A stretch of 60,615 nt of DNA, counting the filler, from Globobulimina sp. (lineage: Eukaryota): NCBI GenBank assembly GCA_003354225.1. It is 12 parts of 12 records of this genome, joined end to end, with 100 filler letters (N's around TTAATTAATTAA, not from the genome) between each part and the next. Parts side by side here need not be neighbours in the genome. Positions count along the whole stretch, not along the records: positions 20,258 to 25,218 come from PIVH01000811.1; positions 25,319 to 30,278 come from PIVH01000812.1; positions 30,379 to 35,338 come from PIVH01000813.1; 9 more parts are not named here. One strand, 5' to 3'. The notes beneath the pieces were generated by a model that saw nothing but the letters and a program-made list of their open reading frames with translations, was not told where the DNA came from and did not search any database. Both the position numbers and the translations under genes were made by a program. Positions 23,428-35,231 of this stretch are shown here, piece after piece (within the stretch, counting starts at the first letter, position 1; each line of letters begins with the position of its first letter).

Positions 23428-24253
23428 TACCAATATTATCAAAAACTTTATTAAAATTAAATGCGGTTGCAAGTTTTTATCCCTACAGATAAAATATGAT
23501 ACAAATTGCATTGGATATTACAGATCACGTCATTATATATAGCACCTATGTTGTTTTGCTAATTTATATCTATCTATTCATTGCCAATTTCTCTGGTCAT
23601 TTCAAATTTTACTATCGCTGTCCGTGTATTATAAAAGATGAGGAAGTCAGCGGGATATATCCAACATTATTAATATTTTACATTTTAATATCATTTCTAG
23701 TCTCATCCTTTATTGTACATATCACAAGGGAGGATGCCTATTATTTGGCTCATTCTACAATTAATTATACAAACTGCTATATGCGGTTCGAGATATTCTC
23801 CACAAGTTAGAACATCTATATTTAGATTTGGATTCTTTCAACGTTTTTGTTATGTATATACCAACAAACAACAAAAATGAAAATTAATCCAACTCTAAAT
23901 AAAAGATATATTGTCACCTAATTTTTTTAGGAATGGATGCTGATTTTTGTTGTTGTTTTAGGTTTTTAATACGTTTCCTGGTTTTTGGAGAGATTTGGTG
24001 GTGTGACTGGTCGCTGTCTTTTTTGAATGGATAGGGATTGAGGCGAGTTAGTGTTTATGTGTAGTTGTGGTTTGCTTTTGGAGACATTTGATTGTTGAGG
24101 AGAATTCCCAGACAATTGGAAGTTTTCTAGGTCGTTTGCAGCGCTCATGGTCTCTAGTCTGACACAGCAAAAAAACGTTTTTGATGCGCAGTTCAGTGAC
24201 AGACTGAAAATGTGATAAAGAGTTAGACAATGAAGCAATGGCTTTATAAGTAA

Positions 24254-25053
24254 TTATAACTGGAACCTATCCAATGATTGCATCAACGACCACATTTTTT
24301 CCATTTTTGAGTGTTTGAATTTTTCTTTTAATTTTTGTATCTTTTCTTGCTGTGGAAAAAAATGAAAATAATGCTTTGATAATTTCATTAATAACAATGA
24401 TGTTAAATAAACAGATTCATTCAAATGTTGTATTTGTAATGGCGAATATTGCAAAAATATGATCAATGAATCAATTAAATCTCTAATAATATTCATTTCT
24501 AAATTATACTCATTTTCTATATTAATACTACATAAAAGTAATGCAAAATGATGAAAATACCAATCCTGCCGATTTTGTAATATTTCTCTATTATCATTTT
24601 CATTTTCTAAATGTACGGATAAATATTTAATAGAAAATGAAATTGATTGATCACAAATATACCACGGGTTGGAGAATAAAAACAATTACACATAAATTCC
24701 AAACATTTATCAATAAAATATTCATTCTTATTTACAACCAACATCTCAAATAAAATTGGATTATCACTCACTTTATCTGCAATACATTGTGCATAACAAT
24801 TATCACTGCTTATTTTTGTTTCATTTTCGTTTATTTTTGCTTTCTTTGTTGGTGGTTGGAACATATTTTCATCTAAAATTATTTGAATGGATTCTTGATC
24901 AGAAATGTGTGATTTGATTGTATTTATATTCAAACAAATTGATTTATTGATATTTGCTTTGTTCGATTTGTTGTTATTTAATTGAGATAATATCTCATAT
25001 TTTAATGTATTATCATGCGTAGTTTTTAATAGTTCATTACCAAAACCACCCAA
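24254..25053 (-). pseudogene. Helical hypothetical protein split by an apparent 1-nt frameshift near 24687
   Basis: Two protein-like ORFs overlap (24607-25053 and 24254-24685) with no GT-AG intron able to join them. They read ..CLEFMC / LFLFSNPWY.. Confidence 0.4.
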
Positions 25054-25320
25054 TGAATATGTATATTAATTCCCAATCAAATTACTTATGCTTTAATACC
25101 AATTGACTAGTGCTAACTAAGTATTTTCTGTGACCTAACTCAAAAAGGTTCGAAAAACACTTAGTGGATTGCATGCAAGGAGCGTGAATTAGTTAAAAGT
25201 ACTCTTTCCTCTCCTATCNNNNNNNNNNNNNNNNNNNNNNNNNNNNNNNNNNNNNNNNNNNNTTAATTAATTAANNNNNNNNNNNNNNNNNNNNNNNNNN
25301 NNNNNNNNNNNNNNNNNNAA

Positions 25321-25511
25321 ATCATAGGAATTCAGTCTGTTCAAAATCTTCTTTTATGGAAACTATATCAAGCTCATCGAGCAATATTTAAAGAGTCTCT
25401 CAAAGACAAATTGAATGAAAGACTGCGCAAAAGATATGTCATCAAGGATTATTAAGAGATTTCAGCACCAAAACTGTGTTCGGAAAAGGTGTATATTTTG
25501 CAAAAAACGCA
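25321..25511 (+). pseudogene. PARP (ARTD, PARP7/12/14-like) catalytic-domain remnant lacking the HGT motif
   Basis: IQSVQNLLLWKLYQ..LNERL in one frame, then KICHQGLLRDFSTKTVFGKGVYFAKNA in the -1 frame. The intervening LxHGT segment is absent. Confidence 0.7.
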
Positions 25512-25608
25512 GTTAGTCTGTTAAATATTGTTTGTAGACGGATAAAATCAACTGAATTATCGATTTTACTTTCTTTTCACTTAAATGCACTAACTCTATT
25601 GCAAATCG

Positions 25609-27036
25609 ATGGCAGCAGAACAAAAACGCACCGATGAAGTTCTGATTACATCCTAACGACTGTATACGTTTACATCCATTCAATTATAATTGTTATATAA
25701 ATATAAGAGCATGGCCGCGAAAATTAGAATTGAATGGTACGATTTGCCAACTCAAAATGCGGGATTACAACGTGTTCAATCAAGTCATCGAAACAGCAAA
25801 CAAATTAAAGTGGAATCAGTTCTCCCTGGGAAGAAAAATGAGGTAAAAGAAGAGAAAAAAGATCATGAATATGTTCATGGTGGAAAAGTAGCGTTATCTT
25901 ATACCTTTGGTGGAGCAGCAACCGTTATTACGGAAGTAGTGGGAGTGGAGTTAGCCGGCGTAATGGCAGGTGGTGCCCTTGTAGGTGGCGTCGCGATTGC
26001 CGGTGTTGCTGCAGTTGGATTGCTGGCGCATAGCGGATATACGTATTGGTGCAAAGTTGCTGAAGAAAACAATTTTAGTAACAAACAAAAGTATAACACA
26101 GAGATCAAATTATATAATCATCGTTTAAAAGAATTAAAAGAAGTGACCGCTGAGGTAGAAAAATTAAAAAACCAGTTACAAGCACAAGAAGATAAAGTTA
26201 ATAATAAAACTTTTCAAATTGAAAGATATGGAGCAAATACAAAATTAGTGGTTGCGATTGGGCCAACTGGTTATGGCAAATCGTTAGTTTGTAATCGATT
26301 ATTGGGCGACAAACGGGAAATATTTGATTTATCAAAGACTAAAAACGCTGCATTTGATGTGGCTGCGTTGGGTGATACCAAATCAAATACAAAAGATTTA
26401 TCCAAAAAAAGCAAAAGAGTAAGTTTCGGAGATGATAAAGGTATGAAGAATGAATTCATTTTATCTGTGGTTGATACACAAGGTGCATTTGACTCTGATG
26501 GCGATGATAATAATTTCTTGAATGAAATGGCAGAATATTTCCGTGCCTGTGGTGGCGTAAATATGTTTGCTATTTTTTTTAAATTTGGTATAAAGAACGA
26601 CGAAAATTATGGAAAATTATTAAAGTTATATGCAAGATTTTGGGGCAAAACGTTTTGGAAAAAATGTGTACTTATTATTTCAAATTGTGATCGAGATTCA
26701 AAAAATAATAATCGGGCATTGGACACGGGTTTCCCTACGACATTAAAACAGATGAAAGAATTTTTATATCAAGTGTCAGATGGTTCGGTTGAGGATGTAC
26801 CAATATACCAATTTGGAGAAGAAAATTTTGAATCCTCGACAATCGCGCTATTGTCATCGTTGGTGGATTCTCAAACTGTCTATAAAACAAAATATAAATG
26901 TGATAAAATTAGATCGCCAATGGATAAATTATGGGAGCAAATACAAAAAAAATGTAGAGAAATTGGATTAATAAATAAAGAATTGTCAAAGTTAAAAAGC
27001 ATTGTATCACAATCAGCTGATAAAATATCAAAATAA
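25609..27036 (+). CDS. AIG1/GIMAP-type P-loop GTPase with N-terminal glycine-zipper hydrophobic segment and coiled coils (probable first intron 25639-25707)
   Basis: G1 GPTGYGKS, G3 VVDTQGAFDS, GGVNMFAIF and FWKKCVLIISNCD. Confidence 0.8.
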
Positions 27037-27217
27037 TTTGACTTCTGATTGCGTCTTAACCATTGCAATGATGGTTTGTTTTGTTTGTATATTTCTTAAG
27101 TATAATATTTATACATAATACAATATTTCAATTTATAATACAATATACATAATACAATATTCGTCTTAACAACCTCATTTTTTGAAAAAACACTGACTCA
27201 AAAAGTATCAATTAATT

Positions 27218-29551
27218 ATGTCAGCACCAGGTTATGAAGATCCACCACCAGCATATGACGAAACATCAGGACAAATTCCATCTGCTCCCAATAATATTGA
27301 TCCGTCCGCACCTCCATCCTATGATGCTGACACTGATGACATCCCAGCGTCCTATCAAGCACAACAATTATCGCAATCACCTCAACGTACCATATACATC
27401 GTAAAAATGCCAAACGAACCAACGCCAATAATAACTGTAATTTCACCTGATTTAATACCACAGTATCAAAATGAACACATTGTATATCCAAAAAGCAATG
27501 ATGGACCATCACAAATTCAAATCATCCAACCAAATATTTTGGTATCAAATACGAATACAACCACATTGACTCAACCAAATCGACTTAAAGTTGCAAAGAA
27601 GCAAAGAGCTGCATTGTTCACCGAAACAGCAACCAAAAAACCATTATACTCCGACCTACCACCTTCCTACGCTGCTGATAATAACTTAAACGCAAATACA
27701 TGGAAACCAATATCAGCGACATCGGCATACAATGCAAGTGATGATACCCCCAAAACCATGGTAGCGCATTCAAATAATTCCAGCCGTTTTCAAGTCTGCG
27801 GAAGCAGCGATGTCATCAATTTTGATAAACGAATACCAACAGAAATAGCAAATAAATATAATTTAATGTATGGCAGAATTAATTTGTTGATTATATTGTA
27901 TTTATGGATCGTATTTATAATGATACAAATTGAAAGAGGTCGGACCGTTGCTATTAAAGAATATTGTTACACTGAGTTCCCAGGCACTTCTTGTTCTGCG
28001 TCAAGTATATATTATATTGCTTGTAACCAAGATCCAGTTTGTTTTGTCGTTGCGGATGTATGGGATGACAGGAATTGTTTCAATGAATGGTCCGATTGTC
28101 AATGTTGTGCTGATCCAGGACTTGGCGGAAGAATCCAAGCAATTTATATTGCTTTTTATGTATTTTTGGGTATATATATTCTACAGTTATTTGTGTTTAT
28201 TTTTTATATACATTTTATTTAATATATAGGTGTGAATACATTTAGATTATTGATATTGACATTTGCGTTGGGGATGGGAAGCATTAATAGAGCTAAAAAT
28301 GGATTATATGTTACAGATCCTGATACAAATAAAGTGAAATTGCAGCAATATATGAATTATTTATGCGATCATCCTGCTTCGTATTTCATTGGCATATTCT
28401 ATTCGGATGCAAGCAAGGCAATGACAGAAGGGATTGTACATAATGTTGCCTTTCCTTCTACGAAATTTTTATACTTAAATGTCATGTTGTTGTACGTACC
28501 ATTTTTTACTTTAATTGGTATTATAACCGCTGCGCAGATTAATTTAGTACAAGCAGCAAATTTGGAACCTGTCGTCATACAAACTCCAGCACCAACCAAT
28601 ATTTATGGATTTGCAGCGCCATCTCCAGCACCAACCTATCCAACTTATGCGCCAACACTAAATCCGACCTATCCAACCCAACCAACTACACCATCTCCGA
28701 CATATTATTGGGAGACCACAACCACTACGGCGGCGCCGCTAACTTATGAATTGGAATATGATCTATTGATCACATGCATTGTTGCATTGATATTGCTATG
28801 TATTGGATTCATTGCACATATACATCGCTGGAGGAAAAAGAATATGATCGAACGGATTAATTTAAAATTGAAGGCTGAAGGCGAAGGTAAACAGATTATA
28901 GTTGGTAATGCATCAGAAACGCAAGAAGATGCTTTCCCAATTTGTGGGTTTAAGAAACTTTATCATCATAAACGAATTCCAGCTGATACAGCACATAAAT
29001 TTAATTTGGTATTTCGATGGATCAATGCGTTTATATTTGTTTATTTGTGGGTGCTATTTGCTGTTGGCTTGGTTGAATATGGATGGATGGTCGGCGAGTA
29101 TGGAGCATGTGTGGCGTATATTGTGTTTTTGTGTTTTAGTACGGTGAGATTGATGGGGGTTACACTGGCTATGGGTATTGTTCATGTGGATAACGACTAT
29201 AATTATATCGTGAATAGTGAGACTGGAAAGGTGACATTAAGGTTTTTTATGGATTATTTATGTGATCATCCAGCTGGGATTATTGTTGGTTTTTTGTATC
29301 CCGATGTTGGAAGGGCATTGAAGGAGGGTTTGATTTATAATATTACATTCCCGGAGGCACCGTTTTTGTTTGCAAATATTATGATATTTTATTTGCCGAT
29401 AATGATTATTTCATCAGTTCAAGCCTCCAATGTTTATATAAATGGGGATTTAGCATTGTTATATACTGTGGCTGCAATTGTGTGTGGAATTGGAATTGTT
29501 AGCAATGGCTATAGATTTAAAATGAAAAATGATGTTGAAACAGCAAATTAG
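27218..29551 (+). CDS. Unknown polytopic membrane protein (757 aa) with an internally duplicated 4-TM unit and N-terminal PPxY motifs (intron 28170-28229)
   Basis: Two copies of CG..KRIP..A.K(Y/F)NL..IN..YLW..KV.L..M.YLCDHPA..EG..N..FP. The phase-1 intron G|gtatat..tatag restores alignment between the copies. Confidence 0.8.
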
Positions 29552-29654
29552 ATGCAAATTAATTAGTGTTTTCTCTGTTTTTATAATGTACATAATATCG
29601 TTTTTAGTTTTTTGTTGTGGGATGTTGATATGAAGCAAATTGAAAGTCAAAGTA

Positions 29655-30278
29655 TTAAATCAATTTTTGGCTCTCTTCCTTTTCTTTATAAGTATTGATG
29701 TTTACAGCAGATTCATGTTTGAGTACACCTGGCGATACCACAATATCAGCATATTTGACACGATATGAACTTTTGCCACATCCGTGGAGTAATTTTTTAT
29801 GTCGAACCATCCAACTTATATTTTGTTGATTATATCTCTGATTTAATTCACCATTCACATATTCTTCAATATGTAGTAAACATTCATTCCATATCGATAA
29901 GTATTTCCACGTAACACCCCAATTAAAAGAATATATTATCAACGAAGCACCACCCAACAGAGCAAATATTACAAAAAAAAAAGACGGATTAACAATAAAT
30001 ATAGCAATTAGACCACCAATTACAATAAGAGCTGCAATGCCAAATCCTAACCACCAGTAATATCTGCATGTATTACCTGCAGAAGACACAAATTGTTGAG
30101 TCTTTTCGTTTATTGTTTCAATTTCTTTCATTAATGTTTGTTGGGTGAATCCTGCTGACACCAATGCTGAATTTACTGTACATGTGTTCCATGAGGGAGT
30201 AACTGCTCCAGAATGACCGCAATAACACGTTCCCCATTCTGGTTTTTGGATATTTATAATTGAATTTGTAGGTAGTGG
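29655..30278 (-). CDS. Two-TM protein resembling the Golgin A7/ERF4 domain family; 5' truncated
   Basis: Open to the contig edge. Pattern EIETINE..(2 TM)..EYVNGELNQRY..NISW. The family call is tentative. Confidence 0.5.
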   Translation of the reverse strand, partial: PLPTNSIINIQKPEWGTCYCGHSGAVTPSWNTCTVNSALVSAGFTQQTLMKEIETINEKTQQFVSSAGNTCRYYWWLGFGIAALIVIGGLIAIFIVNPSFFFVIFALLGGASLIIYSFNWGVTWKYLSIWNECLLHIEEYVNGELNQRYNQQNISWMVRHKKLLHGCGKSSYRVKYADIVVSPGVLKHESAVNINTYKEKEESQKLI

Positions 30279-30380
30279 NNNNNNNNNNNNNNNNNNNNNN
30301 NNNNNNNNNNNNNNNNNNNNNNTTAATTAATTAANNNNNNNNNNNNNNNNNNNNNNNNNNNNNNNNNNNNNNNNNNNNAT

Positions 30381-30668
30381 TACGATAGTAAAGATGGAGA
30401 GTGCATCAAATATCGATATTGGTCACAAGTTACAATTAGAAACGAATCAAACAAAACAATTAACAAAAAACCAATGGCATCACAATATTTGGTGAAACAG
30501 TCCAACAAATCTTGTGCAACAATCACAAATTTTGATATTAATTCTGAAGCAAAGTTATGTGGTGGCACCGTCAAAAATAATACGATACATTATTGTCATT
30601 GTTGTTATGATAATTATAAAGAGAAAGCATGGTTCAACTATTATGGGTGGGACTGCTGGTATTGTTGA
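30381..30668 (+). CDS. Cys/aromatic-rich C-terminal fragment of a hypothetical protein
   Basis: Frame is open from the contig start to ..HYCHCCYD..YYGWDCWYC*. Confidence 0.4.
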   Translation, partial: YDSKDGECIKYRYWSQVTIRNESNKTINKKPMASQYLVKQSNKSCATITNFDINSEAKLCGGTVKNNTIHYCHCCYDNYKEKAWFNYYGWDCWYC

Positions 30669-30753
30669 ATTTAAATTAATTGTAAAATTATTAACGTCAG
30701 CTTTGCATAACACTGAAAACCAAAACTTTGACTGATAGTCACTTATAAATACA

Positions 30754-31533
30754 ATGGCACTGCAAGATGCAGAACAAGCAGGGTTAATATCAGAAGATGA
30801 TGTATCACGCAAACAACAAGAATTAAACGATGATGACGAAGAAGCAGAAGTAGTTGTTGTGAAATGGGATAATTATAAGTTACCAATACCACAGAATCAT
30901 GCAACATTTATGCGAAAAGTGTTTCTAACATTAACACTTCAATTGATTGTAACCGCGGGTGTATTAGCAATCTGTGTCTATGTCCCGGAAGTACGTGAGT
31001 TTCTGATTGAAAATTATTGGATAACCTGGGTATTTCTTGGTAGTTTTGTTTGTTTATTATGCGCATTATTTGTTAATTTGGATAGGTCGCCGTTAAATAA
31101 ATGTTTATTAGGTGTATTTACATTGTGTATGGCATTTTGGGTTGGAACCATATGTGCGATATATGCCGAAGGCTATGGACCAGATCTTGTAATGCAGGCA
31201 TTTGGTATTACGATCTTAGTATTTATAGGATTGGCATTGTTTTCATGTCAAACAAAATGTAATTTAATGCCATTGGGATTGTTAGCATTTATGTTGATTA
31301 ATGCTTTGATGTGGTGGGGTTTATGGGCGATTATATTCGGTTGGTACGATTCTTCATTTTATTCATTGATGTTTGTCATTATATTTTGTTTATATATATT
31401 ATTTGATGTGTGGCGAATGTGTAATATGCCGGTTTTTAATCCAAATGCATGGATTCCTGCTGCAATTAATCTGTATCTTGATATCATAAATTTGTTTTTA
31501 TGGATATTGCGATTAATGGCTCGGAATCGTTAA
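30754..31533 (+). CDS. Bax inhibitor-1/TMBIM (Lifeguard/GAAP-like) protein
   Basis: FMRKVFLTLTLQL at TM1, seven hydrophobic helices, YILFDV and AAINLYLDIINLFLWILRL. Confidence 0.95.
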   Translation: MALQDAEQAGLISEDDVSRKQQELNDDDEEAEVVVVKWDNYKLPIPQNHATFMRKVFLTLTLQLIVTAGVLAICVYVPEVREFLIENYWITWVFLGSFVCLLCALFVNLDRSPLNKCLLGVFTLCMAFWVGTICAIYAEGYGPDLVMQAFGITILVFIGLALFSCQTKCNLMPLGLLAFMLINALMWWGLWAIIFGWYDSSFYSLMFVIIFCLYILFDVWRMCNMPVFNPNAWIPAAINLYLDIINLFLWILRLMARNR

Positions 31534-31985
31534 TTAAAAAATAATTTAAAAATAAACTCGTATATTTTATAAATTAGATTTGTTGATGTCTTACTTTTGT
31601 TTTTTATAATATTATGTATCACCTTATCATAACTCCAAATTATCGGATCGATCGCCTCAGAAACAAATGTTGGTCTGTTTTTAATATACTTTTCCCAATA
31701 CATAGGATCTAAAATGTGCTAAAAAGTAATCCCTCTAAACCAAAGTACGGGAAAGTAAGTGCCCTATTTTGGGTTATATTAACTAGCTTTTTTTTTGTCT
31801 GTGCAAGGATATAAAGTGCATCATTTGCTAGGTACACCAATATTTATGAGCGGAGGTCCTAACTATACCTCAACAAATAATCAAATTAAATTTATTAAAA
31901 ATATGGATACAAAATTTATTTAGTCAATATATATAATAATGTGTGGCTTTTTAACTATTACCATAATAAAATATATATTTCAAAA

Positions 31986-32276
31986 TTACTTCTTTCTTAT
32001 ATGCGCCTTATAGCAGCCATTGCAATATCCGTAATCGCCTTCATTGTATTTGCGCCATGTACTCCAACTAATTACTTTAATATACTTGGTGCATGAATGG
32101 CATTCTACTTTTACAACATTTCCAGTCCATGTCCATGAATATGAAGTACCACCAGCACATGCACCACAATATCCATACTTAGGATATACTGTTACTGAAC
32201 CTGGAGTGTTCCATGTGCCATTACTGACTGTGAAATAATTATGACCACATCTGGTACAATTTATTTTGTAAGGCAT
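31986..32276 (-). CDS. 96-aa protein with two tandem CxxC..YGYCxxC zinc-ribbon-like repeats
   Basis: INCTRC..TVSNGTW..YGYCGAC and VECHSC..VISWSTW..YGYCNGC. Confidence 0.65.
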   Translation of the reverse strand: MPYKINCTRCGHNYFTVSNGTWNTPGSVTVYPKYGYCGACAGGTSYSWTWTGNVVKVECHSCTKYIKVISWSTWRKYNEGDYGYCNGCYKAHIRKK

Positions 32277-32361
32277 ATTGCAGAATTTCAGAATTTCAGA
32301 AAGGATGGCAGTTTGTGATTTAACTGATTTTCTTAGTACATTTTTTTTGTGAACTTTCATC

Positions 32362-35231
32362 ATGACATCGGTTTTTGTCATCGCAGTATTTGCTTCCATT
32401 TGTGTTGTGGTAAATGCAGCAATACTGAATCAGCCACATGGTATAGCACAAATATCAAATGTGAACCCAAGAAATCCTAAAATCATAATAAATGAAGAAA
32501 CCAATTCAATGCTTCCCATTGCCGTATCCAGAATAGGTGGTTGTAAATATGCGGCAGAAATAGGTTTTAAATGTTTCGAAAGAACAGCAAAAGATGGACT
32601 AGATTTTAAATGCAATTATCACAGATTAAAATGGAAAGATGGAGTTGAGATATATTATAAAAATATGCCACCTCAAATTAGTTCTTTCTATATTTACTAA
32701 ACAGGAATGTGGCGAAAAAGTTGTATATATTACAGTGTACAACGACAATGAGTATGAGCAAGATGAAGAGTTTTTATTTCAGTTATATTCATTACCCAAT
32801 AATATTGCTTTGGGATTTGATAGAGTTTTGATTGTAATTCAACAAAATGATGGTATGTTTGTGTAATAACCAACAGATATATTGTACTTTTGCTACATTA
32901 ATAAGTAAATTACGGTGAGATCAGAATATATCCAACATCTGGCTCAGTTGTTGAAGGTATGAGTTTTCAACTCGCCGTTAAACGAATGCTCGGAAAAACG
33001 AATCAAGCGCAAGTATGTTATCAAGTAATCTCCGGAACCGCAAAAATAAATTTTGGTATTTCTTTATTTTATTTCATTTTATTTTTGAATTGAGTTCAAT
33101 TGACACAATCACAGATGTAACATTCATACAAGATTGCATAAAATGGCAACATAATGACGACGAGACACATTTGATAACAGTGGATACGATATCTGACGAT
33201 TTGTGGGAAGGAAATGAAACATTTTATGTTAAATTATTAAATGTTGAAGGAGCTCAATTAAATACTCAATATATTCAAGCAAATATCACCATCCTTCAAC
33301 ATAATGGTATGTTTCATGCCGGCTTTTTTATAAATGTATAAAACTGTTTTCTTTTCAGTTAACGTCCCCTTGATAGCGTCAACATTTCCACCTTGCTTGG
33401 AATCTAAAAAAGAAATACAAATCAAGCCTACAAAAGGAGACCAATTTTTCGTTCAATTTGAAGTTTCATTGCCCAAAATATGCACTGTAAATGATGCTCA
33501 TATCATTGCTGAACATGTGACAGAATCACAAACCTCTTTGAAATGGATAGTGTTTGAAATCCATGGTATAATTATGGATGAAACCACTGTGTCTTGCGAT
33601 AATATCCCAACTTCACATACTATTATAACAAATAATAAGTTTAAGAAACAAAATGAAGTGGATTGTAATTCCATTATCAATAAGAGCGTAGTTGTTGATA
33701 ATCATACAAATTATACTTGTAATCTAACAGTTGAATGCGTGAATTTTGATCCTGTAAAAAACCATCCCAAATATATTAATATCAATACCACTTTAACCAC
33801 AAAAAAGCAACGATTATTCTGTCAGGATGTGATAGCAAACACAAATAATATATCATGTTATTGTGATTTCCCAATCATTTATAGTTCCGATGAATGGTTA
33901 ATCTCAGTTATGTACTTCTTCTTTTGTATTGTTTACACATTTATGCTTTTCTGTTTGTACAGAACTTATCATTTGGAAGTAAATATGTTAGTAATTCTGT
34001 AGGATTCGCTATTTTCGAAATGAGTCAACAAACACTATGGAACAACCATTCATTGGCTACATTTATTTTTATTATTAAAGCATACGGCAAAGATGAAAAC
34101 ATTGCGGCTGATGTTGACCCAACAGCAAATTGGATATTTCATTTGGTGACAGATGCATTTCCGTGTCAACCAAGCAATTGGAGTGCATGGAGTATCTGTG
34201 ATGCTAAACCAGTTGGAATTGGTCATATGTATCGCCATCGAATGGCAGTGCATGGAATATCTGGACAGGAATTAATGTGTAATGAGTTAAAACAGCACCA
34301 AAGTTGTGTGGTCAATCAAGGTATCTGACTAATTGTATACATTTCATATATATATAATATGTCGTATCATATACAGATAAAACTGTTTCTTTTTCAAGAC
34401 GAAAGGTACGAGTTAAAGAAGGTGATGACAGTACAACTATAACAATCAGATTAAACCATGAATTAACACCCAATACAACCGTTAATAAATCAAAATTGAG
34501 CATTGATGAGTTAACTTTGTTAATGGATTACGACGTTATTATTTATTTTGAAATTCCTCAGTTTTATCGGAAAGAAATTGTAATTGATCCGATGCGAATC
34601 GGTTGGCATAAAGATAGGTATCTCATTTGCATGGATAGTTGAACTGGAACAAATGATCGATTTCTTTGTGATAGACAGATGGGACATTGTGTATCAAATA
34701 ACAATCGCAGCTCTCGACGACTCCAACATTGATGCCTTGGAACAAACTGTTGTTATAACACCAAAGTTATACTTTCTTTTTTCGGCTAATATTTTATTGT
34801 TTTTTGGTGTACAGAATTTATAGTATTGATAGAGATTATAATGAATTAAAAGTTAATCTTTTAACAATAATCGTTGAAGATAACGAAAAATGTAGATTTT
34901 GTGGTGTCGGTAATATCCAACCATTCAATCCAGCGCAGAAACCTCCATTTTGGGATTTAAAATCAATTTTCATTTTGGTTTCATTTTTATTGATGATAAT
35001 GTTTATTTTGTGGAGAATTTATGTTTGGTTCAAATCAAAATATGGTGTAAGGTGTGTATGGCATTAAGCTGAAATGCTGTGATTGTGTGTATTTGCTATC
35101 TATATAGGAGTGAATACGATAAGTTACATCAAGATGGTTTAATGGATGAATCCGAGAGTACCACGAATGATTCTGTGCACTCTTCGAGTGATGACGAAGA
35201 TGATGAAGATGCTGCAAGTGACACTCATTGA
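32362..35231 (+). CDS. Type I cell-surface adhesin: signal peptide, Calx-beta repeats, TSP1 domain, TM, acidic tail (10 exons; introns 32644-32704, 32853-32905, 33056-33114, 33307-33358, 33907-33962, 34321-34376, 34618-34678, 34766-34814, 35052-35107)
   Basis: Calx-beta motifs TAKDGLDF..ITVYNDNEYEQDEEF, GTAKINFD and TISDDLWEGNETFYVKL. TSP1 motif CQPSNWSAWSIC..G.MYRHR..C. All introns are phase-compatible. Confidence 0.8.

Noticed and set aside
23496-23810. 104-aa hydrophobic plus-strand ORF
   Set aside because: No recognisable motif. AT-rich DNA gives such ORFs by chance, and it may overlap the 3' part of a minus-strand gene.
25130-25218. GGTTCGA box-B-like motif suggesting a tRNA or SINE
   Set aside because: No cloverleaf stems or box A could be built.
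27105-27170. Short direct repeats (atacataatacaatatt x2)
   Set aside because: Low-complexity AT-rich intergenic slippage with no further structure.
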